Origin: Patescibacteria group bacterium
GTDB taxonomy: Bacteria > Patescibacteriota > Saccharimonadia > Saccharimonadales > Saccharimonadaceae
Assembly: GCA_035494435.1 (NCBI GenBank)
Contig: DATJGX010000028.1
Coordinates: 1 to 53,743 of the forward strand
DNA length: 53,743 nucleotides
Direction: 5' to 3'
The notes below the pieces were generated by a model. It made no database searches and was not told where the DNA came from. It worked only from the letters and a program-made list of their open reading frames with translations. Positions 29,513 to 37,927 of this stretch are shown piece by piece. The position numbers and the translations under genes are program-made. The first letter of the stretch is position 1, and every line of letters starts with the position of its first letter.

Positions 29513-29548
29513 GGCTACAGTATACGTATCTGCGTCGGTCGATGCAAG

Positions 29549-30292
29549 TTATTTCTGTGCTCGACGAGTCGAGTGAGCGGTGAATAGCGAAATCCACTGT
29601 GCAACCGTGAGTTCCGAGGGTTTACGTTCCGGTGAAATACCAACGGCCGATCGATCGAGGGCATTAAACGTGCGTGAACTCGCAAAACATTCACGCACGA
29701 AGCTGCGATAACGCGGCAAATCGCGCGACTCAATAAGAGGCGCATCGCGCAGTCGCAATTCTAGCAGTACCGTATCGACGGCTGGCGGTGGGGTAAAGTC
29801 GGTTTTGCGAAGCGGCTTGCGGATTCGCGCAGCATAAAGCGGCGCTATTTCGATGCCAAGGGCGCTGGTAAAGTGCGCATCGCTGGGCACAATTTTACGA
29901 GCGAACTGTTTCTGCGCAATCAGGTAAATACTTTTTGGCGGCTGAGGCGCCTCCATTAGACGGCGGACTAAATCAGATATGATTGAAAACGGCGGATTTG
30001 CAAACACTTTGTATGAATCGTTCGGTAACGATACCGTCAATGCGTCAGCGCGAATGCAATGCACATTTTCGTGTGCCGCCATATTCTTTGTGAGTGCTTG
30101 AAACGTGGCTGGCTCGTTTTCGACAGCCACGACACGTCGCGCGCGATGCGCTAGTACGGAACTTATGACACCGCTGCCGGCTCCGAAATCATAAACCGTA
30201 TCATTCTTGCGAATATTGCTGTGCCCGATAAGCTCTGCCACGAGGCGAGGACTGCGAAGGAAATGTTGGTCGTATTCATGTTTACGTATCAC
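29549..30292 (-). CDS. rRNA adenine N6-methyltransferase family protein (Erm/KsgA-like)
   Basis: 247 aa with QHFLRSPRLV, the SAM motif DFGAGSGVIS, and NPPFSI. Confidence 0.7.
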   Translation of the reverse strand: MIRKHEYDQHFLRSPRLVAELIGHSNIRKNDTVYDFGAGSGVISSVLAHRARRVVAVENEPATFQALTKNMAAHENVHCIRADALTVSLPNDSYKVFANPPFSIISDLVRRLMEAPQPPKSIYLIAQKQFARKIVPSDAHFTSALGIEIAPLYAARIRKPLRKTDFTPPPAVDTVLLELRLRDAPLIESRDLPRYRSFVRECFASSRTFNALDRSAVGISPERKPSELTVAQWISLFTAHSTRRAQK

Positions 30293-30323
30293 CAGATTAT
30301 TGTAGCACTGCTACTATAAGAAC

Positions 30324-30788
30324 ATGGATAAACAAGCATTGCGCACTGAGCTTCGTCACAAACTCGCGCTATTGAGCGATGACGATATTGCAGCACGAAG
30401 CATACAAGGTTGCGAGGAGCTAATCAAAGTAACTGACTGGAGTCGTATCAATCGGGTGTGCTGTTATCGGCGCACACCGCGGTTTCGCGAAGTCGATACG
30501 CAGTACCTGCTCGAGCAACTCAAAAACCTACCGCACATTGACCTAACGATCGTCAGCGATGATGCCGCGCAGCCAATACTTTCGGTGCAGTACGATCTTA
30601 TCACCGTGCCGTTACTCGGGTTTGACAGGGACAATCATCGACTTGGCCGCGGTGCCGGCTGGTACGACCGTTTTTTATCTGCCCAGACGCATGCTCGAAC
30701 CGTCGGGCTAGCATTTCGTGAACAAGAGTTGGCAGTGATTCCAGTCGAACCGCACGACATACGGCTTGATGAGGTTATCGTCTGCTAA
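30324..30788 (+). CDS. 5-formyltetrahydrofolate cyclo-ligase
   Basis: 154 aa with the motif LGRGAGWYDRFL that is characteristic of MTHFS. Confidence 0.8.
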   Translation: MDKQALRTELRHKLALLSDDDIAARSIQGCEELIKVTDWSRINRVCCYRRTPRFREVDTQYLLEQLKNLPHIDLTIVSDDAAQPILSVQYDLITVPLLGFDRDNHRLGRGAGWYDRFLSAQTHARTVGLAFREQELAVIPVEPHDIRLDEVIVC

Positions 30789-30817
30789 ATTGACAGACAA
30801 TTCGTGGAGCGTATAGT

Positions 30818-31039
30818 GTGAGTATGAGTACCAGTATCGATAGACCTTCGACGATACAAACGCAGACCTCGCACGAAAGTCGCGCCGAGCAGCTCTCGTT
30901 CGTGCAGGAAATTGGTATCGCGGCATCGAACGCCGCAATGTGGCTACTTGAAACCGCCACGCGTCTTACGCCCACGTGGGAAGTACGTGGCGCGCCGTAC
31001 CACGACGATGATCTTGATCGTCCTGACATGGGCGTATAA
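30818..31039 (+). CDS. Hypothetical protein
   Basis: 73-aa ORF (GTG start) followed by a bidirectional terminator. Support is weak. Confidence 0.35.
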   Translation: MSMSTSIDRPSTIQTQTSHESRAEQLSFVQEIGIAASNAAMWLLETATRLTPTWEVRGAPYHDDDLDRPDMGV

Positions 31040-31051
31040 ATCACGTATACC

Positions 31052-31085
31052 AAAATCGCCTCAACTATATAGCTGAGGCGATTTT
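31052..31085. terminator. Bidirectional intrinsic terminator between convergent genes
   Basis: Sequence aaaatcgcctca-actatatagc-tgaggcgatttt, a perfect 12-bp stem with A/T runs on both sides. Confidence 0.6.
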
Positions 31086-31103
31086 ACTGCAGGATCGATC
31101 ACG

Positions 31104-31352
31104 CTATGCGCTGATAGACATAAGAGTCCACGCGCCTGTGTGACCGTCGCTGCGCAGTCTGAATTGCTGCAAGCCATCGCTGAGCATCAGCACGTGACTG
31201 ACGACTCCGCTGCGACGTACCTTCAGGGCAAGTCCACTCTCGTGAAACTCATACACCTGACCATCAAGCTCAAGCTTTGATGGGTACGCGACGAGATCCT
31301 TACCGAACCTCATGGCCATAACATTGACTGTTTTGTTAATATTTTTTGTCAT
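31104..31352 (-). CDS. Small hypothetical protein, sharing a motif with the ORF at 10175-10390
   Basis: The ORF begins MTKNINK from ATG 31352, preceded by AGGAG. It carries the shared RF..YPS..DG core. Confidence 0.5.
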   Translation of the reverse strand: MTKNINKTVNVMAMRFGKDLVAYPSKLELDGQVYEFHESGLALKVRRSGVVSHVLMLSDGLQQFRLRSDGHTGAWTLMSISA

Positions 31353-31631
31353 ATACTTCACTCCTAACTTTTGCTCGAAGAACAAAAGGCTACTTTATAT
31401 AGCGAACGGATTTTGGAGTGAGTGAATGGCGGATAGAGGCGCTGACCGCTCTAAACTACCTTGTTTACCGCATTCACGAATCGTTGAGACGTCGGGTGAC
31501 GCCAGATACGGTTTGCACGTTGAAAGATATTTTCGTATCAGTACGAGCATAACCATGTATTACTATACGACTGACGACCCGATAAATAAAGCTGCTCGGT
31601 GCAAGTGAATGAAGAAAGTCAGTAGGGGATA

Positions 31632-31660
31632 TTGTAAAAGTAACCACAAGATGTTATACT
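31632..31660 (+). promoter_or_regulatory. Promoter TTGTAA-17-TATACT
   Basis: The hexamers have a 17-nt spacer and lie about 27 nt upstream of the micro-ORF at 31687. Confidence 0.45.
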
Positions 31661-31686
31661 AGTACGATAACGAATGGAGATTAGAA

Positions 31687-31782
31687 ATGGCTAAGCACAA
31701 AAACCGCCACGGCGCAGATATCAAACGCGCGCTAAAGAAAAAGAACAAGTCGAACCGACAGAAGAACGCGACGTCAAACTAA
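31687..31782 (+). CDS. 31-aa highly basic micro-protein (below the ORF-track cutoff)
   Basis: Sequence MAKHKNRHGADIKRALKKKNKSNRQKNATSN. A GGAGA RBS sits 6 nt upstream. It has its own promoter and terminator. Confidence 0.45.
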   Translation: MAKHKNRHGADIKRALKKKNKSNRQKNATSN

Positions 31783-31806
31783 GACGTCCGTCATACCGAT
31801 AATCAA

Positions 31807-31835
31807 TACGTGCTCTATCCAGAGCACGTATTTTT
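31807..31835 (+). terminator. Intrinsic terminator
   Basis: Sequence tacgtgctct-atcc-agagcacgta followed by ttttt. Confidence 0.6.
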
Positions 31836-33492
31836 ATAGGCGACCTACCTGCAGCACGGTGCCTTCCAGTGCAGTACGAAAGTACCCATCGTGGCTGACG
31901 TAAATGATCGCACCGCTATATTTCGCCAGTGCCGTTTCGAGTTCTTCAATGCTCGGAAGATCAAGGTGATTCGTCGGCTCGTCAAGAATCAAGAGTTGCG
32001 GCTCGTTGGCAAGCATCGAAATCAGCTGGAATCGGGCCTTCTGACCACCCGAAAGGCGAGACAGCGGTGTATTTGCATCGCCTTCATCGAAGAGGTAGTT
32101 ACTCAGCAAACTTCGTATCTTCGTCGTACTGATTGATAGACCGCGATCGAGATACATCGTTTCAATGGCCGTTTCGAGCGGCAACGAAAAGTATTTTGGT
32201 GACGTCTCTTGTTCGTATACGCCGATACGTACTTTCGAATCAAGCTCGATCGTGCCATCGAAGGTCACGACGTCGTTTGTCTGAGCATATTCTGAGTGGG
32301 CAAGAATAGCCTTAATGAGGGTGGTCTTACCGGCGCCGTTTCGGCCGCGTAGCTCGAGCGCTTCACCCTCGCGCAGGTCAATGTCTATACCTTCGAACAA
32401 TGCCGTATCGCCATAGCCGAGCGACAGATTGCGTGCACGAACTAGGACATGGCTGCTGCGCGATTGCTCGTCGCTGATATTCATGCGAATATTCTTGGCT
32501 TTAAATTTATCGTATTGCGAAGCGACTTTGTAGTTGAGATTTGCCGCTGACTCTTTATCGATCCAGAACGTCGGCTTTTCTTTTGCTTGTAGCTCTACGA
32601 GTTCTTTACGAGATTGCTCTTCGAGCCGTTTAAACTTCTGAATCGTGCCGGGATTACGTGACTTTTCTTTCAACCGCTGATAATCGATAACTTTTGCTTT
32701 CAGGTTGACGATACGTTTTTCAATCATCTCAAAATCGTTCATCTGTGTGCCAGTTTGTACGGCATTTTGTTTCAGGTAGGCATCGTAATTGCCTTTGTAC
32801 GACGCACAACTACCGTCTTTGAGCTCAACGATTCGATCGACTTCACGGAGCACATCACGGTCGTGCGTAATCACCAAAATCGCTTCACGGGCAGTTTTCA
32901 TCCAGTCGATATATTGTTGTTTCGCGATATAATCCATGTGGTTCGTCGGCTCGTCGACAAGTGCCAGATGCGCGTCGCTATGCATGACCTTCACAACCTC
33001 GACAAGTCGCTTCTGGCCGCCAGACAGACTCGAAAATGTTCGGTGTGCGATGCCGGGTAGCTGAAAGTTATCAAGCTCCCGCTCAATCAGCTCTTCGATT
33101 TGATAAAACCCTTTATCGTCAAAACGCTGCAACGCATCTGAGTATTCATCAATCTTCGCCATGTCGTCACCCATCGTAAGCGGATAGGTTTCGATGATGT
33201 GACTCAGCTTGCTGTATTCAGGCAACCCCGCAAGCACGTACTGCAGCACAGTTTTATCGCCCATATCATGATGCTCTTGGGCGGTTTGCACGACACTCGT
33301 GCCACGTTTATAAATGATGTCACCGCTAAAATCGGTGTCTGTTCCCGCGAGTATGCCGAATAGGGTCGATTTGCCAACACCATTGCGCCCAATCACACCG
33401 ACTTTTTCGCCGTCATCTATCGAAAACTTAACGCCGCTCAATAGAAGCTTCGGCCCGAATGATTTTTCGGAAATAGAAATATCAGCGATCAT
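31834..33492 (-). CDS. ABC-F family ATPase (two ABC domains, no TM domain)
   Basis: 552 aa with two Walker A motifs (GRNGVGKST, GRNGAGKTT), two LSGGQ signatures, and a charged inter-domain linker. Confidence 0.9.
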   Translation of the reverse strand: MIADISISEKSFGPKLLLSGVKFSIDDGEKVGVIGRNGVGKSTLFGILAGTDTDFSGDIIYKRGTSVVQTAQEHHDMGDKTVLQYVLAGLPEYSKLSHIIETYPLTMGDDMAKIDEYSDALQRFDDKGFYQIEELIERELDNFQLPGIAHRTFSSLSGGQKRLVEVVKVMHSDAHLALVDEPTNHMDYIAKQQYIDWMKTAREAILVITHDRDVLREVDRIVELKDGSCASYKGNYDAYLKQNAVQTGTQMNDFEMIEKRIVNLKAKVIDYQRLKEKSRNPGTIQKFKRLEEQSRKELVELQAKEKPTFWIDKESAANLNYKVASQYDKFKAKNIRMNISDEQSRSSHVLVRARNLSLGYGDTALFEGIDIDLREGEALELRGRNGAGKTTLIKAILAHSEYAQTNDVVTFDGTIELDSKVRIGVYEQETSPKYFSLPLETAIETMYLDRGLSISTTKIRSLLSNYLFDEGDANTPLSRLSGGQKARFQLISMLANEPQLLILDEPTNHLDLPSIEELETALAKYSGAIIYVSHDGYFRTALEGTVLQVGRL

Positions 33493-33660
33493 ATCTGTTA
33501 ATTATACCATTTTCTAGCGATCATGAAGTGACTATACACTGATTACGCCAAGCGGATATCTAGACCCGTACTTTGTTTAACACAAAACTCAGTATCTCTT
33601 TTTCAGGAACAACCTGGGTCGAATTGAATGAGTGCGCTAACGTTTGTCTACCAAATCACA

Positions 33661-34413
33661 CTAGTTGAGTGTGACGTCCGTAGGATCGGTAATGACGATA
33701 GGCTTGCCGTCAGCGGATATATCCGTACCAGGCACGGTGATGACGACTGGCTCTGTCACACCCGGGATTCCAGCCGGCAACACGTCGGCTGTACCGCCGG
33801 TGTCCATGTTTGATTGGATGGAGCCTGCGTGCACTCCAGATACACCAGTACCGTCCGATGTTTGCGTTTGAGGAGTAGAGCTCTTGGTGCTGGGCGCTGT
33901 GTCCGGCGTGCCGCTGGGTTTCGTAGCCGCCTGGCCGGTGACGGTTTCTTTAGACGATTGGCTAGGACCAAGACCAAGTGATGCAGAATAATCTATCGCC
34001 GCAAATACGCTGAGCGCGATAAACGTAATCAGCGCGCCAAGAACAAGCGGCACAAAGAAGACACGCCGATGAGCGCTACGCAGGTTTTCTATTTGCTGAC
34101 GTGACGCACTTAGCTGCATCGACATATATTCGCGTGTGGCATGTAAAATCCTTGCGAAGTGTGCAGCTATACCTGAAAAAAGGGAAGTGAATTTTGCATT
34201 GAAATCATTGTGATTTGCTATCGATAAACCGGTCTGTGTGTCATCGATAGGCTGAGGCCTTGTTGAGAGTCGAGAGGTACGGCCCGACAATGAGCCGACA
34301 GGTTGATATGGCGTTAATCCGCGACGGCGTATATCGGACTGCTGAAAGTAATGCCTTGAATGTAGCACGTCATCATTTGTTATTGTGCTGAACTGACTTT
34401 GTTGGGCTTTCAT
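33661..34413 (-). CDS. Hypothetical single-pass membrane protein with a Ser/Thr/Pro-rich extracytoplasmic tail
   Basis: 250 aa with one central TM segment (FFVPLVLGALITFIALSVFAAI). No family recognised. Confidence 0.5.
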   Translation of the reverse strand: MKAQQSQFSTITNDDVLHSRHYFQQSDIRRRGLTPYQPVGSLSGRTSRLSTRPQPIDDTQTGLSIANHNDFNAKFTSLFSGIAAHFARILHATREYMSMQLSASRQQIENLRSAHRRVFFVPLVLGALITFIALSVFAAIDYSASLGLGPSQSSKETVTGQAATKPSGTPDTAPSTKSSTPQTQTSDGTGVSGVHAGSIQSNMDTGGTADVLPAGIPGVTEPVVITVPGTDISADGKPIVITDPTDVTLN

Positions 34414-34542
34414 ACTTCTATTGTATTGATGTAGCGAGAATAAGTTGTGACATAGTTTACATATTTACAAAATATTGTTTAAATATATTTCTTATGCTTA
34501 ATAACAAGCAAAAACACCATCCGTTTGGATAGTGCTTATGCT

Positions 34543-34617
34543 TGGCTGGGGTGGAGGGATTCGAACCCCCGAATGCTGGGACCAGAACCCAGTGCCTTAC
34601 CACTTGGCGACACCCCA
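34543..34617 (-). tRNA. trnQ: tRNA-Gln (anticodon CTG), CCA encoded
   Basis: The reverse complement is TGGGGTGTCGCCAAGTGGTAAGGCACTGGGTTCTGGTCCCAGCATTCGGGGGTTCGAATCCCTCCACCCCAGCCA. A minus-strand terminator hairpin lies at about 34510-34537. Confidence 0.9.
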
Positions 34618-34696
34618 TCAGGTGTGTGAGCTATGCTCAAATAACTTTCATAGTGTAGCGTATTTGCTGCGTTACCTCAAGAGTCACGCGAGATAA

Positions 34697-35329
34697 CTAT
34701 TTGCGATCGACCATCGTTGGCTGCGCGAATTCAATCAATTGTATGCCGCGCGCGCCGACCGCAATATGCGTACGCGATAGATTAGGTACGTTTGCCGTCA
34801 TCGTTTGCTCAACGTCCCAATCGAGAAGCTCTGAAATGAGGCAGGTTATCGCAACTGCGTGACCATAGGCGACAATCGGGCGAGTCTCAGCTTCGTTCGC
34901 TCTCGCGATATCTTCAACAGCGGCAATCATGCGTTCGCCGACTTCATGATGCGATTCGCCGCCAGGCAAGCGCGCGTCTTTTCCGGCTGCAGCTAATTGC
35001 TCTCGCACAAGCTCAGTAAAAACGTCTTCGAGCAGCATCCCCTCGGCTGGTCCATGGGATCGTTCCTGCAGACCAGAGTGAAGCCGAATACTGTGCGTCT
35101 GGTCCATAAATGAATACGATACGGCGCCGACTGCAGTTTCAACTGTTCGCGCCGCAGGCGACGCGTAGACAGTAGGTGCAGGATCAGTCTGACGGAACCA
35201 GCGAGCATGCTCGGGCAGCGAGGCCCGACCGGCCGCCGATAGCGGAATATGGTTGCTCCGACCGACCACCGTCGTCCGCTCTTCATTCTGTGTTGTGAGT
35301 GCGTGTCGTACTAAGATTATTTCTGGCAT
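34697..35329 (-). CDS. Histidine phosphatase family (phosphoglycerate-mutase-like) protein
   Basis: The ORF begins MPEIILVRHALT (RHG-type motif) from ATG 35329. A C-terminal H-containing segment (AYGHAV) is present. Confidence 0.75.
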   Translation of the reverse strand: MPEIILVRHALTTQNEERTTVVGRSNHIPLSAAGRASLPEHARWFRQTDPAPTVYASPAARTVETAVGAVSYSFMDQTHSIRLHSGLQERSHGPAEGMLLEDVFTELVREQLAAAGKDARLPGGESHHEVGERMIAAVEDIARANEAETRPIVAYGHAVAITCLISELLDWDVEQTMTANVPNLSRTHIAVGARGIQLIEFAQPTMVDRK

Positions 35330-35429
35330 GATACTAGAACTATAGCACATGAAATAAAGTTGCAATATATGCTTTATTATGCTAAAATATACTTAACCTC
35401 AGCACCGATCGCGAAAGGACGGAAGAGGC

Positions 35430-35900
35430 ATGGGACAGTACACCCGAGCCGCACATGAGCGGCTGGAGCGACAAGTGGAGGAGCTCGAGCGCCTGCACAT
35501 CGAGGCGCAGGGCAGGCTGGGTGAGGCGGCCGAGTCCGACAGCAACACCTGGCACGACAACTTCGCCTTCGAGCAGGCTACGCGTGACATCGACACGAGC
35601 AAGCAGCGGTGGCTCAAGGCCAAGCGGCTGCTCGAAGTAGCTGTCATCGTCGAGAAGCCCACAGACGGCAGTGTCGGTATCGGCTCAGACATCGTCTACC
35701 GCTTCGTCGGTGACGACGAGACCGAGACGGCACACCTTGCAGGCGAGCAGGCGATTCGTGAGGAGGACGACGAAGTCCCCCAGGTCTCGACCAGCTCGCC
35801 GATCGGCAAGGCGCTGTTGGGTGCGAAGGCTGGCGAGACCGTCACCTACACCGGCCCGAACGGCAAGAAGTTCGCAGTGGAAGTCCTCGAGGTCAACTGA
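35430..35900 (+). CDS. GreA/GreB-family transcription elongation factor homologue, G+C-rich relative to its neighbours
   Basis: 156 aa. It has an N-terminal coiled coil with an acidic tip (ESDSNTWHDNFAFEQA) and a C-terminal domain (SPIGKALLGAKAGETVTY). G+C is 38/60 in the first 60 nt, against 26/60 in the first 60 nt of the next gene. Confidence 0.8.
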   Translation: MGQYTRAAHERLERQVEELERLHIEAQGRLGEAAESDSNTWHDNFAFEQATRDIDTSKQRWLKAKRLLEVAVIVEKPTDGSVGIGSDIVYRFVGDDETETAHLAGEQAIREEDDEVPQVSTSSPIGKALLGAKAGETVTYTGPNGKKFAVEVLEVN

Positions 35901-35908
35901 CCTCAACC

Positions 35909-35938
35909 CCTCCTGGGCGCTCTCGGGCGCCCAGGAGG
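35909..35938 (+). terminator. Perfect 12-bp GC-rich hairpin after the GreA-like gene (no T-tract)
   Basis: Sequence cctcctgggcgc-tctcgg-gcgcccaggagg. Confidence 0.45.
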
Positions 35939-35970
35939 AAACCCCCCATATACGAAGAGGAGAAATCACC

Positions 35971-37350
35971 ATGGGAAATTTCAATCACGACACGAAAACG
36001 AACTGCATGTATCTTGACCTTGCTGCCAACGGAAATGGCGGCGAGAAAGCGATGCTCACCATAAAAGCTCTCGAAGCGATGCGACGAGAAGGAAATATGC
36101 ATGCAGATGTTGTTGAAATTGGTCCTGGTGGCGGCTCGTCACTAGAGGCGGTTACTGACTACAAGAGCAGTGAATGCGCCACAAACTTACCTGAAACGAT
36201 CGACTATTCTTTCGTCGAGCTTGACGGCATTACGTCTGAATCACTCGAAACTGCACGTCAGCGATACGCGAAGTTTGGACAAACCGCGATGATAAAGGGC
36301 GATGCTCGCGAACTAGCGACATTAGTTCCTGATGGTGCCGATATTGTCGCCGCATCGGCGGTCTTGCACGAGGTTTATTCATATGGCGGTGGTTACGCTG
36401 GCGTCGACGAAACACTGCGTGAAATTACCGATACGCTACACCCGAACGGTTTCTTTTCGTATCGAGATGTTTTTTCTGTCGAAAATGCTTCCCAGCACGA
36501 GCGTGTGCGACATATTTATGACAAAAGCTGGGTATATTTTGCCAAACTCTTCTTGCCATACTATTTAGATAACGCGACTCATCCATACCATCATGAAGAT
36601 GATAAGGTCGTATACGAACAAGACTCACGATTCGTCCGTCCTGAATCAATCGATCCTGACAAAAATCTTTCAATCAATGCACCGATCGGAGTGTTACGCG
36701 AACTTCAGCGACACTATATAACCCTTCGTGATTATTGTTGGCGTCAAGGCTCGCTCGGATTCATACCAGAGCTTGAAGGACCGAACGCTAATGACTGGAT
36801 TGACCAGCGCAATGGTTTGAAACGCGTATACTACACACCAACGACAAACCGTCCCGAAGATGAATTGCTGGCCGTCATGAGTGAAGATGCCGGTAACGGT
36901 CTTCGGTCTGTCGACGGCGACCATTTCGACGCTACCACAGATGCTGAAATGGCACGCTTCTTGAAGAATGTGTTAGCAGGCGATGAAACTGCTAGCGAAA
37001 CGTGGCAGGAGTGGTTGAAACGTGAAGGTTCTGAAACCTACGTATATATGACGATCGGCCGACTGCTCGGTTCTGCAGCGCTACGCTCACTCGAAGCAAG
37101 CGATGGCAAGAAGCTCTTGCTGCCAGCATCGGCCCAAGACGTGATCGTAATTCCGCGCGGCTACTACAACCGTGCACTGAGCCGACAAGTCAGTAGCCCG
37201 CTACCCGATGCAAAACAACTGATTCTTTTCCGTGCTTACGACCCTAAAAAAGACAAGGATGAGATTGCCGAATCGCTCGGTGCCTTGACAGAGCATTGCA
37301 CAAAAGACACAATTTCAAGAATATACGGACCAATCAGAAAGGCATCTTAG
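35971..37350 (+). CDS. Large class I SAM-dependent methyltransferase-like protein with a ~280-aa C-terminal region of unknown function
   Basis: ATG at 35971 follows AGGAG. Motif I is VVEIGPGGG, followed by FVELDG, GDARELA and AASAVLHEV. The upstream Arg-rich part of track ORF 35671 is an out-of-frame overlap with the GreA-like gene. Confidence 0.65.
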   Translation: MGNFNHDTKTNCMYLDLAANGNGGEKAMLTIKALEAMRREGNMHADVVEIGPGGGSSLEAVTDYKSSECATNLPETIDYSFVELDGITSESLETARQRYAKFGQTAMIKGDARELATLVPDGADIVAASAVLHEVYSYGGGYAGVDETLREITDTLHPNGFFSYRDVFSVENASQHERVRHIYDKSWVYFAKLFLPYYLDNATHPYHHEDDKVVYEQDSRFVRPESIDPDKNLSINAPIGVLRELQRHYITLRDYCWRQGSLGFIPELEGPNANDWIDQRNGLKRVYYTPTTNRPEDELLAVMSEDAGNGLRSVDGDHFDATTDAEMARFLKNVLAGDETASETWQEWLKREGSETYVYMTIGRLLGSAALRSLEASDGKKLLLPASAQDVIVIPRGYYNRALSRQVSSPLPDAKQLILFRAYDPKKDKDEIAESLGALTEHCTKDTISRIYGPIRKAS

Positions 37351-37351
37351 C

Positions 37352-37927
37352 GTGACGACGTTACTCGAAATCGAAAAGAAGTACAACCTCCAAACCAACG
37401 TAGAAGCGTTCACGAAACTACTCGGTGAGCTGGGTTTTCATGAAACAGTAGTTGAGCACGAGGCAGATACGTATTACTCCCGACCAGACGTCGATTATAT
37501 GCAGACCGTCGAATGCCTGCGTATTCGTCGCAAAGACAATTATGCCGAGTTAACATACAAACCACCGACGATTGCGAAAAGCGATGTCACGGTAAAACCA
37601 GAAACGAATGTTCGACTCGATAGCCCCGACACCGCTCGCGAGGCACACATGCTATTTGATGCGATCGGCATGCAAGAATTGGTTACGGTCGACAAAGAAA
37701 GGCATACCTACGTACATGCTGACGAGACAGGCTTATCCGTATGTATTGACATCGTCGCCGACGCAGGCGTGTTCGTTGAGATTGAGATTTTATCCGAAGA
37801 CGAAGCGAGTGCACGAACGCGTATTGAGGCACTGGAAGGTGCGTTAGAGCTTGATCCAAACTCAATTGTGACGTTACCGTACCGAGACTTAGTCATGAAC
37901 ACCCAAAAGGACAAAGCCAATGCCTAA
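37352..37927 (+). CDS. CYTH-domain protein (class IV adenylate cyclase / triphosphate tunnel metalloenzyme family)
   Basis: 191 aa with the N-terminal ExExK signature (LEIEKKY) and later RIR and ExE strands (VFVEIEIL). The GTG start lies 1 nt after the upstream stop. Confidence 0.75.
   Translation: MTTLLEIEKKYNLQTNVEAFTKLLGELGFHETVVEHEADTYYSRPDVDYMQTVECLRIRRKDNYAELTYKPPTIAKSDVTVKPETNVRLDSPDTAREAHMLFDAIGMQELVTVDKERHTYVHADETGLSVCIDIVADAGVFVEIEILSEDEASARTRIEALEGALELDPNSIVTLPYRDLVMNTQKDKANA

Noticed and set aside
35671-35970. The N-terminal 100 aa of track ORF 35671-37350 (MSVSAQTSSTASSVTTRPRRHTLQASRRF...)
   Set aside because: It is Arg/Ser/Pro-rich and lies out of frame over the G+C-rich GreA-like gene and its hairpin. 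A proper AGGAG RBS with ATG at 35971 starts the methyltransferase-like protein.
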